Source: an uncultured Verrucomicrobiales bacterium
GTDB lineage: Bacteria > Verrucomicrobiota > Verrucomicrobiia > Verrucomicrobiales > DEV007
Assembly (NCBI GenBank): GCA_938091905.1
Contig: CALKOM010000036.1
Location: 1 to 61,424, forward strand
DNA length: 61,424 bases
Reading direction: 5' to 3'
Every line of letters begins with the position of its first letter. Position 1 is the first letter of the stretch. The notes under the pieces are model-generated. The model saw only the letters and a list, made by a program, of their open reading frames with translations. It was not told where the DNA came from and did not search any database. This document shows, one piece after another, positions 10,026 to 20,396 of the stretch. The position numbers and the translations under genes are program-made.

Positions 10026-11033
10026 CTAGTCGATGAGAAGTGCGGCGATCTGCACGGCATTCAGTGCGGCGCCTTTCCGTACCTGATCACCGACGACCCA
10101 GAAAGCTAGGCTGTTGTCGAGGGCGAGATCCTCGCGGATTCTGCCGACCATGCAGTCGTCACCATTGGCAACGTCAAGTGGAGTGGGGTAGCTAGGAACG
10201 TCCCGGTCGTCGACAAGTTCGATACCTGGGGCTTCTTTGATTGCTTGGCGCGCCGCTTCGACATCGGGCTTACTTGCAAACTGAGCGGTGGCAGAAACCG
10301 CGTGCGAGCGCAGGACGGGAACGCGGACACAGGTTGCAGAGGCGCGGATGTTCGGTGCGTGCAGAATCTTGCGGGTCTCGTTCTGCATCTTCATCTCTTC
10401 CTTGGTGTAGCCATTCTCCGTGATAGGCTCCACTTGCGGAATCACATTAAAGGCGATCTGCCTCGGGTAGAGATTCACTTCGATCGGTTGGTCCTCCGCG
10501 TAGGCTTTGACCTGGTCTTCCAATTCGGCGATGCCTTGAGCGCCACTACCAGAGACCGCTTGATAGCTAGATGCGATCAGCGTTTCACAGCCTCCGAATG
10601 CCTGGTGCATCGGGTTTAAAGCCATAAGAGTCACGATGGTGGTGCAGTTAGGATTTGCGATGATATTTCGTGGCACGTTCTTCGCATCCTCGCCATTGAT
10701 CTCCGGGATGACGAGAGGCACATCGTCATCCATACGATAGGCAGAGGAGTTGTCGATCACGATGGCACCAGTCTCTGCGGCGAGAGGTGCGAACGTCTTT
10801 ACAATGTCAGAGCCCACGCTGAATAGGGCAATATCGACGCTGGCAAAGGCATCTTCGGCGAGTTCCTGGATGACCAGATCCTTGCCCTGGAATGGAAGAG
10901 TCTTACCGGCAGAACGCGCTGACGCGAGTAGCTTGATCTCTTGGTGAGGAACCTTCAGCTGGTCTAGACAGAGGAGGATCTCTTCTCCCACGGCGCCGGT
11001 TGCGCCAACTACTGCAATCACTGGTGTCTTCAT
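10026..11033 (-). CDS. asd: Aspartate-semialdehyde dehydrogenase
   Basis: VVGATGAVG, IIANPNCTT (catalytic Cys), SYQAVSGSG, TCVRVPVLRSH, DQVRKGAALNAVQIA. Confidence 0.96.
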   Translation of the reverse strand: MKTPVIAVVGATGAVGEEILLCLDQLKVPHQEIKLLASARSAGKTLPFQGKDLVIQELAEDAFASVDIALFSVGSDIVKTFAPLAAETGAIVIDNSSAYRMDDDVPLVIPEINGEDAKNVPRNIIANPNCTTIVTLMALNPMHQAFGGCETLIASSYQAVSGSGAQGIAELEDQVKAYAEDQPIEVNLYPRQIAFNVIPQVEPITENGYTKEEMKMQNETRKILHAPNIRASATCVRVPVLRSHAVSATAQFASKPDVEAARQAIKEAPGIELVDDRDVPSYPTPLDVANGDDCMVGRIREDLALDNSLAFWVVGDQVRKGAALNAVQIAALLID

Positions 11034-11249
11034 AATTACTGAATCCTCACGCTTGACGCGGAGGCTGAAAGTGCCGGGCTTCCTGGTAAATGAAAGCAGA
11101 TTTCTGCGCTTTCTTTAGGCTGACGCCGGGCGGGCGGGCTAGGCCTTGAACAAATTGATTGCATTTCTTGTCGTAGCATTACTATCAAGCCACGGGGTCA
11201 GACCACTGGCTTCCCACAACCAAACACATCTACTAACCGTTCGAACCTC

Positions 11250-11396
11250 ATGAAAGTTATTAAAGCAATCGCTATCCTTGCCACTGCAACTGGCATCCTT
11301 TCTCTTGCTGCATGCAGCAGCGCTCCAGCTCCAGCTCCAGTGCCAGCTCCAGCTCCGCTCCCAATGGACGGCGGAAGCTACGTGCCCTCTAAGTAA
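11250..11396 (+). CDS. Small Pro/Ala-rich lipoprotein (48 aa)
   Basis: Below the ORF-track cut-off. MKVIKAIAILATATGILSLAAC-SSAPAPAPVPAPAPLPMDGGSYVPSK*; lipobox LAAC; followed by a terminator. Confidence 0.8.
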   Translation: MKVIKAIAILATATGILSLAACSSAPAPAPVPAPAPLPMDGGSYVPSK

Positions 11397-11426
11397 TTAG
11401 ATACGGCTAAATTAATTTAGCTTTGC

Positions 11427-11458
11427 AAAGGCGGTGCCTTCACGGGTGCCGCCTTTTT
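11427..11458. terminator. Intrinsic terminator, probably bidirectional
   Basis: AAAGGCGGTGCC-TTCACG-GGTGCCGCCTTTTT stem (two G-U pairs) with A/T runs on both sides, between convergent genes. Confidence 0.75.
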
Positions 11459-11492
11459 GTTATCTGGGCACCTGGAGAATCGGCAAGTCAGG

Positions 11493-12620
11493 CTAGACCT
11501 GAACCCAACACTCTTCTTTATGGCTCTTCAGGACGGCTTCGCAAAGCACGATCTCCTGGTGGCCTTCTTCAAATGTGGGGAAAGTACAAGGGGCTGTGAA
11601 GTCGCCGGTGGCGATGTAGTCATAGAAGGCTCGGAAACACATCTTAAAGGTATCAGAAAAGCCTTCCGCATGGCCTCCTGGATAAGCGGTGAAGGACGCG
11701 GCCTGAGTGCTCATGTTTGCTGGATCTTTGACTAGCGTTTCGTTAGGTTGGTTCCGGTGGCCTAACCAAAGAGTGTTTGGTTCTTCGCTATTCCAGGCGA
11801 CTGATCCGTTCGATGCTGCGATTTCGTAGCGCACACAGTTCTTTCTTCCGGCAGTGGCCTGAGAGACGAAGAGGCTTCCTTTGGCGCCATTCTCGAACCG
11901 GAGAACGAGGGTACCAAGATCTTCGGTTTCAATGGGGATCGCTTGCCTTTTCCCCTTAGTATTTGTGAAGGTTTGGACTTCGCCTTGTGGGCGTTGGCGG
12001 ATGGGATGAACTGTTTTAAGATCTGCAAAGACCTCGGTCACCTTGAGCCCGGTCAGCGATTGCACGAGGTCTAACCAATGTGTGCCGATGTCTGCAATGG
12101 CGCGAAGTTTCCCGCCTTCCTTAGCCAACACTCTCCAGTTGTAGTCAGTCTCATGCAGCAACCAATCCTGAACGTAGCTACCCATGATCGAGTGGACTTC
12201 GCCGAGATCGCCTGACTGAAGGCGACTGCGCGTTTCTAGGCAGAGCGGGTAGAATCTGATGTTGTAGTTCACGCCCGCAGCTAGCTCTTTGTTCGAGGCG
12301 AGTTCTGAGAGCCGGGCAGATTCCTTGGACGTCATGGCCAAAGGCTTCTCGCAGAGTATATGTTTGCCGGCCTCAAGGCCGGCTATTGCCATGGGGAAAT
12401 GATGTCGATTGGGAGTGGTGATGTGTATGGCATCGACGTCAGGATCTGAGATCAAATCCTGATAATCGTTGTAGGACCGGGGAATCTGTAACTCAGCAGC
12501 GGCTGCACGAGATTTCTCTGGCGAAGAGCCCTGGATGCCGATTAAGTTTAAGTGAAGGCGCTTGAGAGCTTCGGCGTGCACCGCTCCCATGAAACCTGTT
12601 CCAGTGATGGCGACGTTCAT
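11493..12620 (-). CDS. Gfo/Idh/MocA family oxidoreductase
   Basis: GTGFMG Rossmann motif, [17 protein letters not shown]. Confidence 0.92.
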   Translation of the reverse strand: MNVAITGTGFMGAVHAEALKRLHLNLIGIQGSSPEKSRAAAAELQIPRSYNDYQDLISDPDVDAIHITTPNRHHFPMAIAGLEAGKHILCEKPLAMTSKESARLSELASNKELAAGVNYNIRFYPLCLETRSRLQSGDLGEVHSIMGSYVQDWLLHETDYNWRVLAKEGGKLRAIADIGTHWLDLVQSLTGLKVTEVFADLKTVHPIRQRPQGEVQTFTNTKGKRQAIPIETEDLGTLVLRFENGAKGSLFVSQATAGRKNCVRYEIAASNGSVAWNSEEPNTLWLGHRNQPNETLVKDPANMSTQAASFTAYPGGHAEGFSDTFKMCFRAFYDYIATGDFTAPCTFPTFEEGHQEIVLCEAVLKSHKEECWVQV

Positions 12621-12688
12621 GTATTAACGAATGAGTTTGGTTCCTCCCCTCATATCATGATTGGCATGGATGATCTTGCAATACGACG

Positions 12689-13671
12689 ATGTCCTCTTCC
12701 ATGCCTATGAAGAAGCCGCTGGCTTCGATGAATCGGATCTTCGGAGCCTTGCTCATGGTCGCGATCTTTGGGCTGGTGTTGACGACGCTGCTCAGTATTT
12801 CGGCACGTGACTTCTGCTTAGGAGATCTCTTTTCGAACCTGCGTTTGCAGCAGATGATGGCATTGACAGGTCTGATCGTTGGCTGTCTTGGGCTTCGGAG
12901 GTGGCGCCTCCTTCTGTTCATGACGCTATTAGGAGCGATTCATGGGTAGTTTCTGTGGCCGACGGTTCGATTGGCGCCTTCAGGTGGAGGCGGAGACGCT
13001 GATTTTCGCGTGATGCTCGCCAATGTGCTCACTCACAACCTGAATCATACTGAGATCATCGACTGTGGTCTCGCAAACGGCACGGAAGTGATCGTTATCT
13101 TTGAGCTGTCTTCAACTCTTGCGCAGAAGGTATGGGCTGCGTCTCATCCGCATCAAGATCAACATGTCCTTCCTCAGGATGGAGACAACTTTGGAAATGG
13201 GGCTATTCTAAATGGCCGTTTCAATGGTTGGAGGTTTTCAACCCCATCGAGTTGGTTCCAAGCCTTGAAATCGTCTTTGAACACGTGCGCCTCATTGCCA
13301 CGCATCCCTTGCCGCCCATGGAGCCAGCCGGTTTCGGAGTGCGGAATCTTCAGCTGGTAGACCTTGTCCGCTGAGTGTGTAATGTCAAAAGAGGGCCAGG
13401 TGGCCCGATTCTGGTCGTGGGCGATCTAAATCTAACGCCATGGTCTCCGATCTTTTCGGGCTTTGAGGCGGCATGTGGGTTGCGGCGTGCTGTCTCCAAT
13501 CGGGGAGGGTTTACGCCGACCTGGTATGCTCAAATGGATCAACCACGGTGGGCCCTCGGGTTGGCGGGTGATCACGCGCTGAGCAGCGTGAGCTTAAATT
13601 GTGTGTCCTGCCACGCGGAGGGGCAGGTAGGATCGGATCATCGCCTGTTGGTATGGGGCTTCTCCATGTAG
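12689..13671 (+). pseudogene. Endonuclease/exonuclease/phosphatase (EEP) family membrane protein, disrupted
   Basis: Consecutive fragments give TM N-terminus, RVMLANVLTHN, ATHPLPP, VVGDLNLTPWSP, DH and GSDHR motifs. Broken by TAG (12947), a frameshift near 13205 and TGA (13372). Confidence 0.82.
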
Positions 13672-13739
13672 CCGCCTCTTCAGGCCAAGCTGTCCTTGTA
13701 AGGAAAAGGGCAGGAGGGCAGGAAATCTCAACCCGCGCT

Positions 13740-13949
13740 CTACCAGCGAGGCCGTGTGGAGTTCAGTTCAGTGAGCCGATGGGTCGCCCAGTGGTTATCG
13801 GGAGGATCAGATTGCCCTCGAAACGTGACCACTTTTGCAACTTCGTTCGTTTCAGGGTCTCTTGTAATGATCGTGACCTTATTTTCGCTTTGCATGATCT
13901 CGAATGCTTTTCGAATGCCGGGTTGCCTGGAATTGGGAAGTTGGCTCAT
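13740..13949 (-). CDS. Hypothetical small protein (69 aa)
   Basis: ATG-started ORF directly downstream of a very AT-rich promoter-like tract; no recognisable domain. Confidence 0.4.
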   Translation of the reverse strand: MSQLPNSRQPGIRKAFEIMQSENKVTIITRDPETNEVAKVVTFRGQSDPPDNHWATHRLTELNSTRPRW

Positions 13950-14237
13950 TAGGTGTAATAGATGTGCGAAAGCGGTGGTGATCTAGATATGGAAATTTCT
14001 ATTTAATGCAGTTAATCTTATATAACGAAATAATGTCAGAAATTTAATCTATTTCAATTGGTTCTTCTTTGTTATGTAATGAGTGGTAGCTATAGCAGCA
14101 AGACTGAGTCTCGCTTTCGTTTTGGCGGTATATTCCTGAGACTGTCTCCCGTATTCTTACCGAATATTCTGAGCCTTCAGACCTTCAAAGAGGTAGGTCT
14201 CACACTTGCGAGGCATTGATGGACGGACGTTGGTTCG

Positions 14238-16733
14238 GTGGGCGTTTTATCACCAATCTTGAATTCTTTTTTTACTCTCAACACCTGGTTTTCTAGCCAA
14301 GGCTGGACACCTTTCCCCTTTCAACGGGACGTTTGGGAGCATTATCGGAGTGGTTCTAGTGGCCTACTTCATGCGCCGACAGGCCTGGGAAAGACCTACG
14401 CAGTGTTTGGGGGATCTCTCATCGAAGGTGTCGAGAATCCGCGCTCCCTTCGCAAGGGAATGACGACTGAACCCCTCCGAGTTCTCTGGATCACGCCGCT
14501 TCGCGCGTTGGCTTCCGATACTGTGGATGCCCTCAGACGACCTGTAGAAGACCTTGGTCTGCCATGGGAAATAGCCTTGCGTCACGGCGATACCTCGGCC
14601 CATCAGCGAAAGAAGCAGCGGAATCGTTATCCAACGGTGTTGGTGACCACGCCGGAGTCTCTCTCGTTACTCCTTACCTATTCGGACACCCGCACGAAGT
14701 TCAGGTACCTAGATGCTGTCATTCTCGATGAATGGCATGAGTTGCTGGGGACGAAACGTGGTGTCCAGACGGAGCTCTGTCTAGCCAGGCTCCGCACCTG
14801 GCAACCGAATCTCCGAATTTGGGGGCTTTCAGCGACCCTCGGGAATTTGGACGAGGCCAAGCAGGTGCTTCTTGGATCCGAGCATGAGGCCGGTGTACTC
14901 GTGGGTAGCGAGGAATCCAAGGAGATCGAGATTGAAACACTCATACCCGAGTCCATGGAGTGCTTCCCGTGGGCAGGGCATCTGGGTGCGCGAATGGCAC
15001 CTCAGGTCGCCGATCGGCTGGATCTTGGAAAGACAACTTTGGTGTTCACGAACACGCGATCCCAAGCTGAGATCTGGTTTCAGAAGCTTCAGGAACTCCG
15101 GCCGGGTTGGGGCGATCGCCTGGCTTTGCATCACGGCTCGATTGACGGGGCGCTGCGAGCTGAGTTGGAGGCACGCTTGGACAATGGAGAAATGAAGGCG
15201 GTCGTGTGCACTTCTAGTCTTGATCTGGGCGTGGATTTCTCACCGGTGGATCAGGTTATTCAGATTGGCTCTCCAAAGGGGATTGCGAGGCTGATGCAGC
15301 GTGCAGGCCGATCGGGTCACCAGCCGGGTGCGCTCAGCCGGGTGATTGGTGTGCCGACGAGTGCGTTGGAGCTTGTTGAGTTCGCAGCTGCTCGTGATGC
15401 CATGCAGCAACAAGAGATCGAAGCACGCGTTCCCATTCGGCGCTCGCTCGATGTTCTGGTGCAACATCTCATCACGCTTGCCCTTGGTGGTGGGGTGACG
15501 TTTGAGGGTGTTAGGAACGAAGTGAGCACGACCCATGCGTTCGCTGATCTGACAGAGGAAGAATGGGCGTGGGTTGTGGAGTTCGCGTGCCACGGAGGTC
15601 CTACCCTACGCGCGTATCCAATGTATCAGCGCATCGCCGTTGATCCAGAGACGGCGATTCTTTCGGTGCCTTCACAGAACGTGGCGCAGTTCCACCGCAT
15701 GTCCATTGGTACTATCACGAGTTCTCCCGAGGTCCAAGTGAAGATGCAGAATGGCAAATCGTTAGGTTCGGTCGAGGAAAGCTTCGTTTCTCGTATGCGA
15801 GTGGGCACGACGTTTCACTTCGCGGGGCGTCGGCTGCAATTGGTGCGTTTGCGAGATATGGTTGCCACCGTAGGTGCGGCCAAGAAGAAGGTAGGGGTAA
15901 CGCCTGCTTGGCAAGGGGGGCGCAGTCCGCTCTCCAGCGAACTTGCTCTTGCTGTGAGTCGTCGACTGGCAGGGCAGAACCTCGCTCCTACGGTGGAGAT
16001 GGAGGCCATGGCTCCGCTTCTTGCGTTACAACTGGCGCATTCTACGATGCCGTCGATTGAGACGCTCCTCATCGAGACGATTGAGATCGATGGGCAGAGC
16101 AATCTCTTCATTTACCCCTTTGCTGGCCGGTTGGTGAACGAAGGGCTCGCCGCTCTCTTTGCTTATCGGTTAGGAAAGAAGGATCCGTTGACCATTCGCA
16201 CCACGATCAATGACTACGGATTATCGATGCAATTGAGACAAGCCGTGCAACTGAATGCAGATCGCGTGCTAGACCTTCTTTCACCAGATAATCTGTTAGA
16301 AGATTTACTCGAATGCATGAACACGGGTGAACTGGCTCGTCGTCAGTTTAGGGAAATCTCCCGAGTCGCTGGACTTGTGATTCAAGGATATCCAGGGCGT
16401 CGCAAGTCCGTCAGGCAAGTGCAGACGTCATCGAATCTCCTCTTTGATGTTTTTGAGAAGTATGACCCCGACAACTTGCTGCTGGCACAAGCTCGCCATG
16501 AGATCTTGCATCGCCAGCTTGAGTTGACTCGACTCCGCGCGACCCTAACGCGTCTTCAAGAGTCTCCGATGGTCTTCAAGGAAATAGAACAACTCACACC
16601 CATGGCGTTTCCTTTGTGGGCGGAACAGCTTCATTCTGAGATGTCGACTGAGGACTGGCGAGATCGGCTTGAGCGTATGGTGCAAGCGCTAGAGTCGTGT
16701 CAGGACTCAGGGCGTGTTGATTCTTCGTCTTGA
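14238..16733 (+). CDS. lhr: Lhr-family ligase-associated DNA-damage-response DEXH helicase
   Basis: APTGLGKT, WITPLRALA, DEWHELLGTKRG, GLSATLGN, TSSLDLGVDF, QRAGRSGH; C-terminal YPFAGRLVNEGL and ELARRQFREISRVAGL. Exact start uncertain. Confidence 0.9.
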   Translation: MGVLSPILNSFFTLNTWFSSQGWTPFPFQRDVWEHYRSGSSGLLHAPTGLGKTYAVFGGSLIEGVENPRSLRKGMTTEPLRVLWITPLRALASDTVDALRRPVEDLGLPWEIALRHGDTSAHQRKKQRNRYPTVLVTTPESLSLLLTYSDTRTKFRYLDAVILDEWHELLGTKRGVQTELCLARLRTWQPNLRIWGLSATLGNLDEAKQVLLGSEHEAGVLVGSEESKEIEIETLIPESMECFPWAGHLGARMAPQVADRLDLGKTTLVFTNTRSQAEIWFQKLQELRPGWGDRLALHHGSIDGALRAELEARLDNGEMKAVVCTSSLDLGVDFSPVDQVIQIGSPKGIARLMQRAGRSGHQPGALSRVIGVPTSALELVEFAAARDAMQQQEIEARVPIRRSLDVLVQHLITLALGGGVTFEGVRNEVSTTHAFADLTEEEWAWVVEFACHGGPTLRAYPMYQRIAVDPETAILSVPSQNVAQFHRMSIGTITSSPEVQVKMQNGKSLGSVEESFVSRMRVGTTFHFAGRRLQLVRLRDMVATVGAAKKKVGVTPAWQGGRSPLSSELALAVSRRLAGQNLAPTVEMEAMAPLLALQLAHSTMPSIETLLIETIEIDGQSNLFIYPFAGRLVNEGLAALFAYRLGKKDPLTIRTTINDYGLSMQLRQAVQLNADRVLDLLSPDNLLEDLLECMNTGELARRQFREISRVAGLVIQGYPGRRKSVRQVQTSSNLLFDVFEKYDPDNLLLAQARHEILHRQLELTRLRATLTRLQESPMVFKEIEQLTPMAFPLWAEQLHSEMSTEDWRDRLERMVQALESCQDSGRVDSSS

Positions 16734-17494
16734 TCAGCTCTCTCGCCAGGCACTTGAAAGAACCCTTCCCAAGCTTCTCGCCTTGTGATCGCACTGCTTC
16801 GGGATGATTCTTGCTGATCTCGCCAAGCATGCCTTCGACGGCTTTGGCATGCAATCGCGGGTTCTCCATTTCTTTGAGTTCCTGATAGGTCGCATTAAAG
16901 TCATCCTTGGCCCACTTGCGGAACTGACAGCCTCCAACATCGACAACATGGAAGTTTCAATCTCGTCTCGAAGTGAGCTTCTATTCGAAACTCTGCTAAG
17001 AGCCTGTAAGGCTTCACCAGGATCTTTCTCTGCTAGTTTCCCGATCGAATCTTAGCAATAGCCCGAGACGCCGTGACCACTGCTGCTGCCTCCTCGGTGA
17101 CGCACGGACTTGGCTGCTTGTGGATCTTCCTTCACCCACTGAAGTGCGAGCTGTAGAATTGGCCGGGCGACGGTGGCCATGAGCATCCTATCGTCAGGTT
17201 CTCCGCCATCAAGAAAGAATGCTAGAGCTGTCTCGCAATTAAGATCTAACCATGTTTTCAGACAGCATCGTCTCATTGACCATTAGTTGAGTCGTGGCTG
17301 ACACCTGATCGCTGATTTCGGATTCAGCTCGACCCAGTGCGCAAGGGGGAGTTTCAATCGATTAGGCCTATGTGTCTGGGTGGGACTTTTAAAGCCTCTG
17401 GAGATCTGCTGCCATCGCTACGGAGTGACCACTGAGCCAGGACAGCCGCAGCCGCGCTCAACACCATCACCGGAATGGTCATCCAGGAAGTCAT
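16700..17494 (-). pseudogene. Degraded secreted helical-repeat protein (WxxxDPxAA type, common in Verrucomicrobia)
   Basis: Signal-like start MTSWMTIPVMVLSAAAAVLAQWSL at 17494; fragments ALQWVKEDPQAA, LAEKDPGEAL, EISKNHPEAV, separated by stops and frameshifts. Ends approximate. Confidence 0.55.
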
Positions 17495-17553
17495 CGCCCT
17501 TCCAAACTAACAAGGGAGGTAGGCCGGTCGATGGCCTTGGTCGGCTTTTCGAT

Positions 17554-18147
17554 TCAACGCCCAAGCGCCGAAGTATTGTTTTCGCGATAGAAGCTGTGCC
17601 AGTCGCGCCAATCTTTGGTCGGGCCATCGATGACGTAGTCCGCAACTCGAGGAATGAGAGGCAGGAACAACTGATAGACATCCAAGTAGGCATCGAGTGG
17701 TTTTTCATGCGGGTCGGGAATCTCTTCGCCGCGTTGGTTTTCCTCTTCTCGGAAATCCGTCATCAGGTGCATCTTGGCTTCGTTGCCAGGGTACTTTTGG
17801 TGCAAGTTGTGCAAGTGGATCTCGCCCATGACTAAGATGTGATTGGCTCGTTCAATTAAGGCTGGCGTGGCCTTGCCGGTTTCGAGACCGTCTATTGGAT
17901 AGCCATGGGTTTCCAAAACGGTGAGTGCTTCTGGAGTGGGGGAGAATCCACTAAGGCTCTTGGTTCCACAGGACTTGGTCACGATCTCGGGCCATTCTTG
18001 GACTTCATAGCGAAACATGGCCTCCGCCATGGGACTGCGGCTCAAGTTGGCCGTGCAGACAAAAAGGACGAGCTGTTGCTCATCTGCAATTTGGAAGGGC
18101 AGGGGCTCAACCTCTTCAGCCTTATCTTTCTTGAGCCAGTCGAACAT
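17554..18147 (-). CDS. Low-molecular-weight protein tyrosine/arginine phosphatase
   Basis: VLFVCTANLSRSPMAE (CX5R P-loop), ILVM, EIPDPH general-acid loop. Confidence 0.9.
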   Translation of the reverse strand: MFDWLKKDKAEEVEPLPFQIADEQQLVLFVCTANLSRSPMAEAMFRYEVQEWPEIVTKSCGTKSLSGFSPTPEALTVLETHGYPIDGLETGKATPALIERANHILVMGEIHLHNLHQKYPGNEAKMHLMTDFREEENQRGEEIPDPHEKPLDAYLDVYQLFLPLIPRVADYVIDGPTKDWRDWHSFYRENNTSALGR

Positions 18148-18207
18148 GGGGAGGAGGAGAACAGATGCGGAGCCGTCCTGTCAACGGCATGTCTGCCAGA
18201 AGAGAGT

Positions 18208-19140
18208 TTACGAATGCTTTGACGGCCCACTCACGCGGGCCGGTGCCTGATCGAAGAGGAGGTGATAGTGCTCAGCCATCTGTGGGTAGGCAAACTCGAA
18301 GGTCGACTCGTATGTGCACCGTGTGAAGAGGTCTAAATCTCGGTAATTCATAAAGCGGCGATAAGCCATCTCGGCCATGCCATCGCGGAGGGCTCCATAT
18401 TCGCGTTGGTGCAGGTAGTAATAGAAGCGTTTGATCGGCAGGCTGTCTTGAGCGGGCGAAATCACACCGACACGTGAGAAGGGATCTGTTTCTAATAAAC
18501 CTGCAGCTTGTTCGCCAGCGGTGGGTTCATACACCTCGACCTTCTCGGATACCCATGTCAGCGCATCCTCAGAGGGCTTTGGTAAGGGGCATTTCAAGAA
18601 TCCTCCGGCGGCCGCCGGTGCGAGCACTTTGCTGATGACCTCGTTCAGATTGGAGTCATCGATCGACGGCCAGGAGCGAATCGCGAGCAGCAGCACGGGC
18701 AGGGAAATATGCGGCGAGCGCTCAAACACGACCAAACGGCCGTCCGAAACCACGAGAAACTGGTAGAGGCAGAGAAGCAGCTCGCCGACATCTTCCACCC
18801 GATCTGGATCCACGGTGAAGTCGCCAATCAACGTGCTGCCGGTTTCAAAGGTAGCCAACTGCTCTTCGAAGAAGCTCGCAAAGGTGTAGCGCGTCTTCGC
18901 TTCAATCTCATTCGTCTCAAGATATTTAGTCTCGTCTTGCCGAAGAGCACGAGCGAGCCCCTTCTTCATTGAGGTCGAGAGCGCTTTGGCCCGATCATTC
19001 TCAAGATGATGCAACCAGGATGTTGTCACTTTCCGATCGCTCTCCAATGAGCGATCTTCATTTAACGACAGAGCTAAGCCCCTCAGGGACAGGCCCTGAG
19101 CTATTCTGTCAGCTCGAATGATGGCACCTAGTGGCTCCAT
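18208..19140 (-). CDS. XRE/Cro-type HTH protein with a ~240-aa C-terminal domain of unknown function
   Basis: MEPLGAIIRADRIAQGLSLRGLA...TSWLHHLEND...LARAL matches an XRE HTH with a loop insertion. Start placed at ATG 19140. Confidence 0.75.
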   Translation of the reverse strand: MEPLGAIIRADRIAQGLSLRGLALSLNEDRSLESDRKVTTSWLHHLENDRAKALSTSMKKGLARALRQDETKYLETNEIEAKTRYTFASFFEEQLATFETGSTLIGDFTVDPDRVEDVGELLLCLYQFLVVSDGRLVVFERSPHISLPVLLLAIRSWPSIDDSNLNEVISKVLAPAAAGGFLKCPLPKPSEDALTWVSEKVEVYEPTAGEQAAGLLETDPFSRVGVISPAQDSLPIKRFYYYLHQREYGALRDGMAEMAYRRFMNYRDLDLFTRCTYESTFEFAYPQMAEHYHLLFDQAPARVSGPSKHS

Positions 19141-19310
19141 GAAAGTGGGGCACCTGCGTATCTCACAGGGGAGATAGTTAAGGTATGTTAAATTGTTTTT
19201 GTCAGGTAGTGGTAAGACTTTTTCAGACTTGACGAAGAATTGGCATAAACTGAGACGGAACTCAAGTTTTATCAATTCATCTCAATCTTTCTAGAAAGGC
19301 AGATTTCGAG

Positions 19311-20283
19311 GTGCCGCTAGGATGTTGGTCTGTTGAGACGACAACGCCAACGGGCAAGAGGGTAGGAGGATTCTCTGATGAGGATAGACCCTTCTTGCCG
19401 TTCTACTCGAGTTATGAGTGGTCCATTGATGTAAGGTGCTCCTATTCTCTTAGGTCTGTGGCTCGCATTGCCCTTTGCTGCTCACGGCAATGAAGCGGCG
19501 ACGATTAAGATCACGCAACCGTCAGGTGTGAGTGCGTGGTAGGCCGGGTTTGGATCTGTCGTGGTCAGTGTGCCTACATGTGTGCTAGGAACAATGTTGT
19601 GATTGCCCAAAGTCATATCCGTGGGTGCTAGCGGGCCTGGAGGTGAAACTTCACGCAGGGCATAGCCACTGATACCCGGATCGGTTCCATTGACTGCCCC
19701 GTTGTTCACGGATGGTTTCAGCCGTAGACGTGCCAATCACTGAACGGACGCCACTACGCGAGAAATCGTCACTGACATTCTCCGCGGATTCGGCATCCCC
19801 TGCCCGCTGATTACGTGAGGCACAGCAGCCACGAGTGTCGCCAGCGCCAACGATTTTAATTTGATAGTCCAAACCCGTAATGAGCCCGGTGAGATCGAAC
19901 GACCAGGGGGAACCGGAATATGTGTGGCTATTGAGCACGTCGTTGAGGTTGGTGCTCCTTGTGTTGCCGCCACCGCCGGTAAAGTAACCTTGAGTGGACG
20001 TGATCGATACGCCAAAGGTCATCGCATCGAAGATGATATCCTCACCATTGACGCTCACCACTGGACTGTTGCTATCGCTTGTTGCGTTCTTGGCCGCTAC
20101 GAGTGTGCCGTTCGTGTCAATGTCATCGACAGTCGTGATGTTGAATGGTGCTTTCCAAGTGATAGGGGCTGCCGTGAGATGCGATACCAGGAGTGCAATA
20201 GTGAGGAGAGCAATGGGAAAGAATAAGTTCACAAAAGCGGGGGAGGTGGCAGAGCCAGCCGTACTGTCGCAGCGCATACTCAT
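19311..20283 (-). pseudogene. Secreted protein remnant with decayed cadherin-like repeats
   Basis: Signal peptide then APITWKAPFNIT...GDTRGCCASR; frameshift near 19725 into GISGYALREV..APTDMTL..VGTLTTTDP; further remnant SENPPTLLPVGVVVSTD near 19330-19385, after stops. Confidence 0.6.
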
Positions 20284-20396
20284 TAATCAACCGGTCGGAC
20301 TGGGCTGACGAGTCATTCTTATCTAGCAAGGTCACGTTGCCAGCCATTGAAAAAGGGAGTAACCACGGAGAGGCATGGAACGACCGATTGGCTTTG

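Noticed and set aside
19349..19402. Hairpin AACGGGCAAGAGGGT...ACCCTTCTTGCCGTT enclosing CTGATGAG (hammerhead-like core)
   Set aside because: No matching GAAA core or three-stem junction; the opposite strand reads as a decayed cadherin-like coding remnant.
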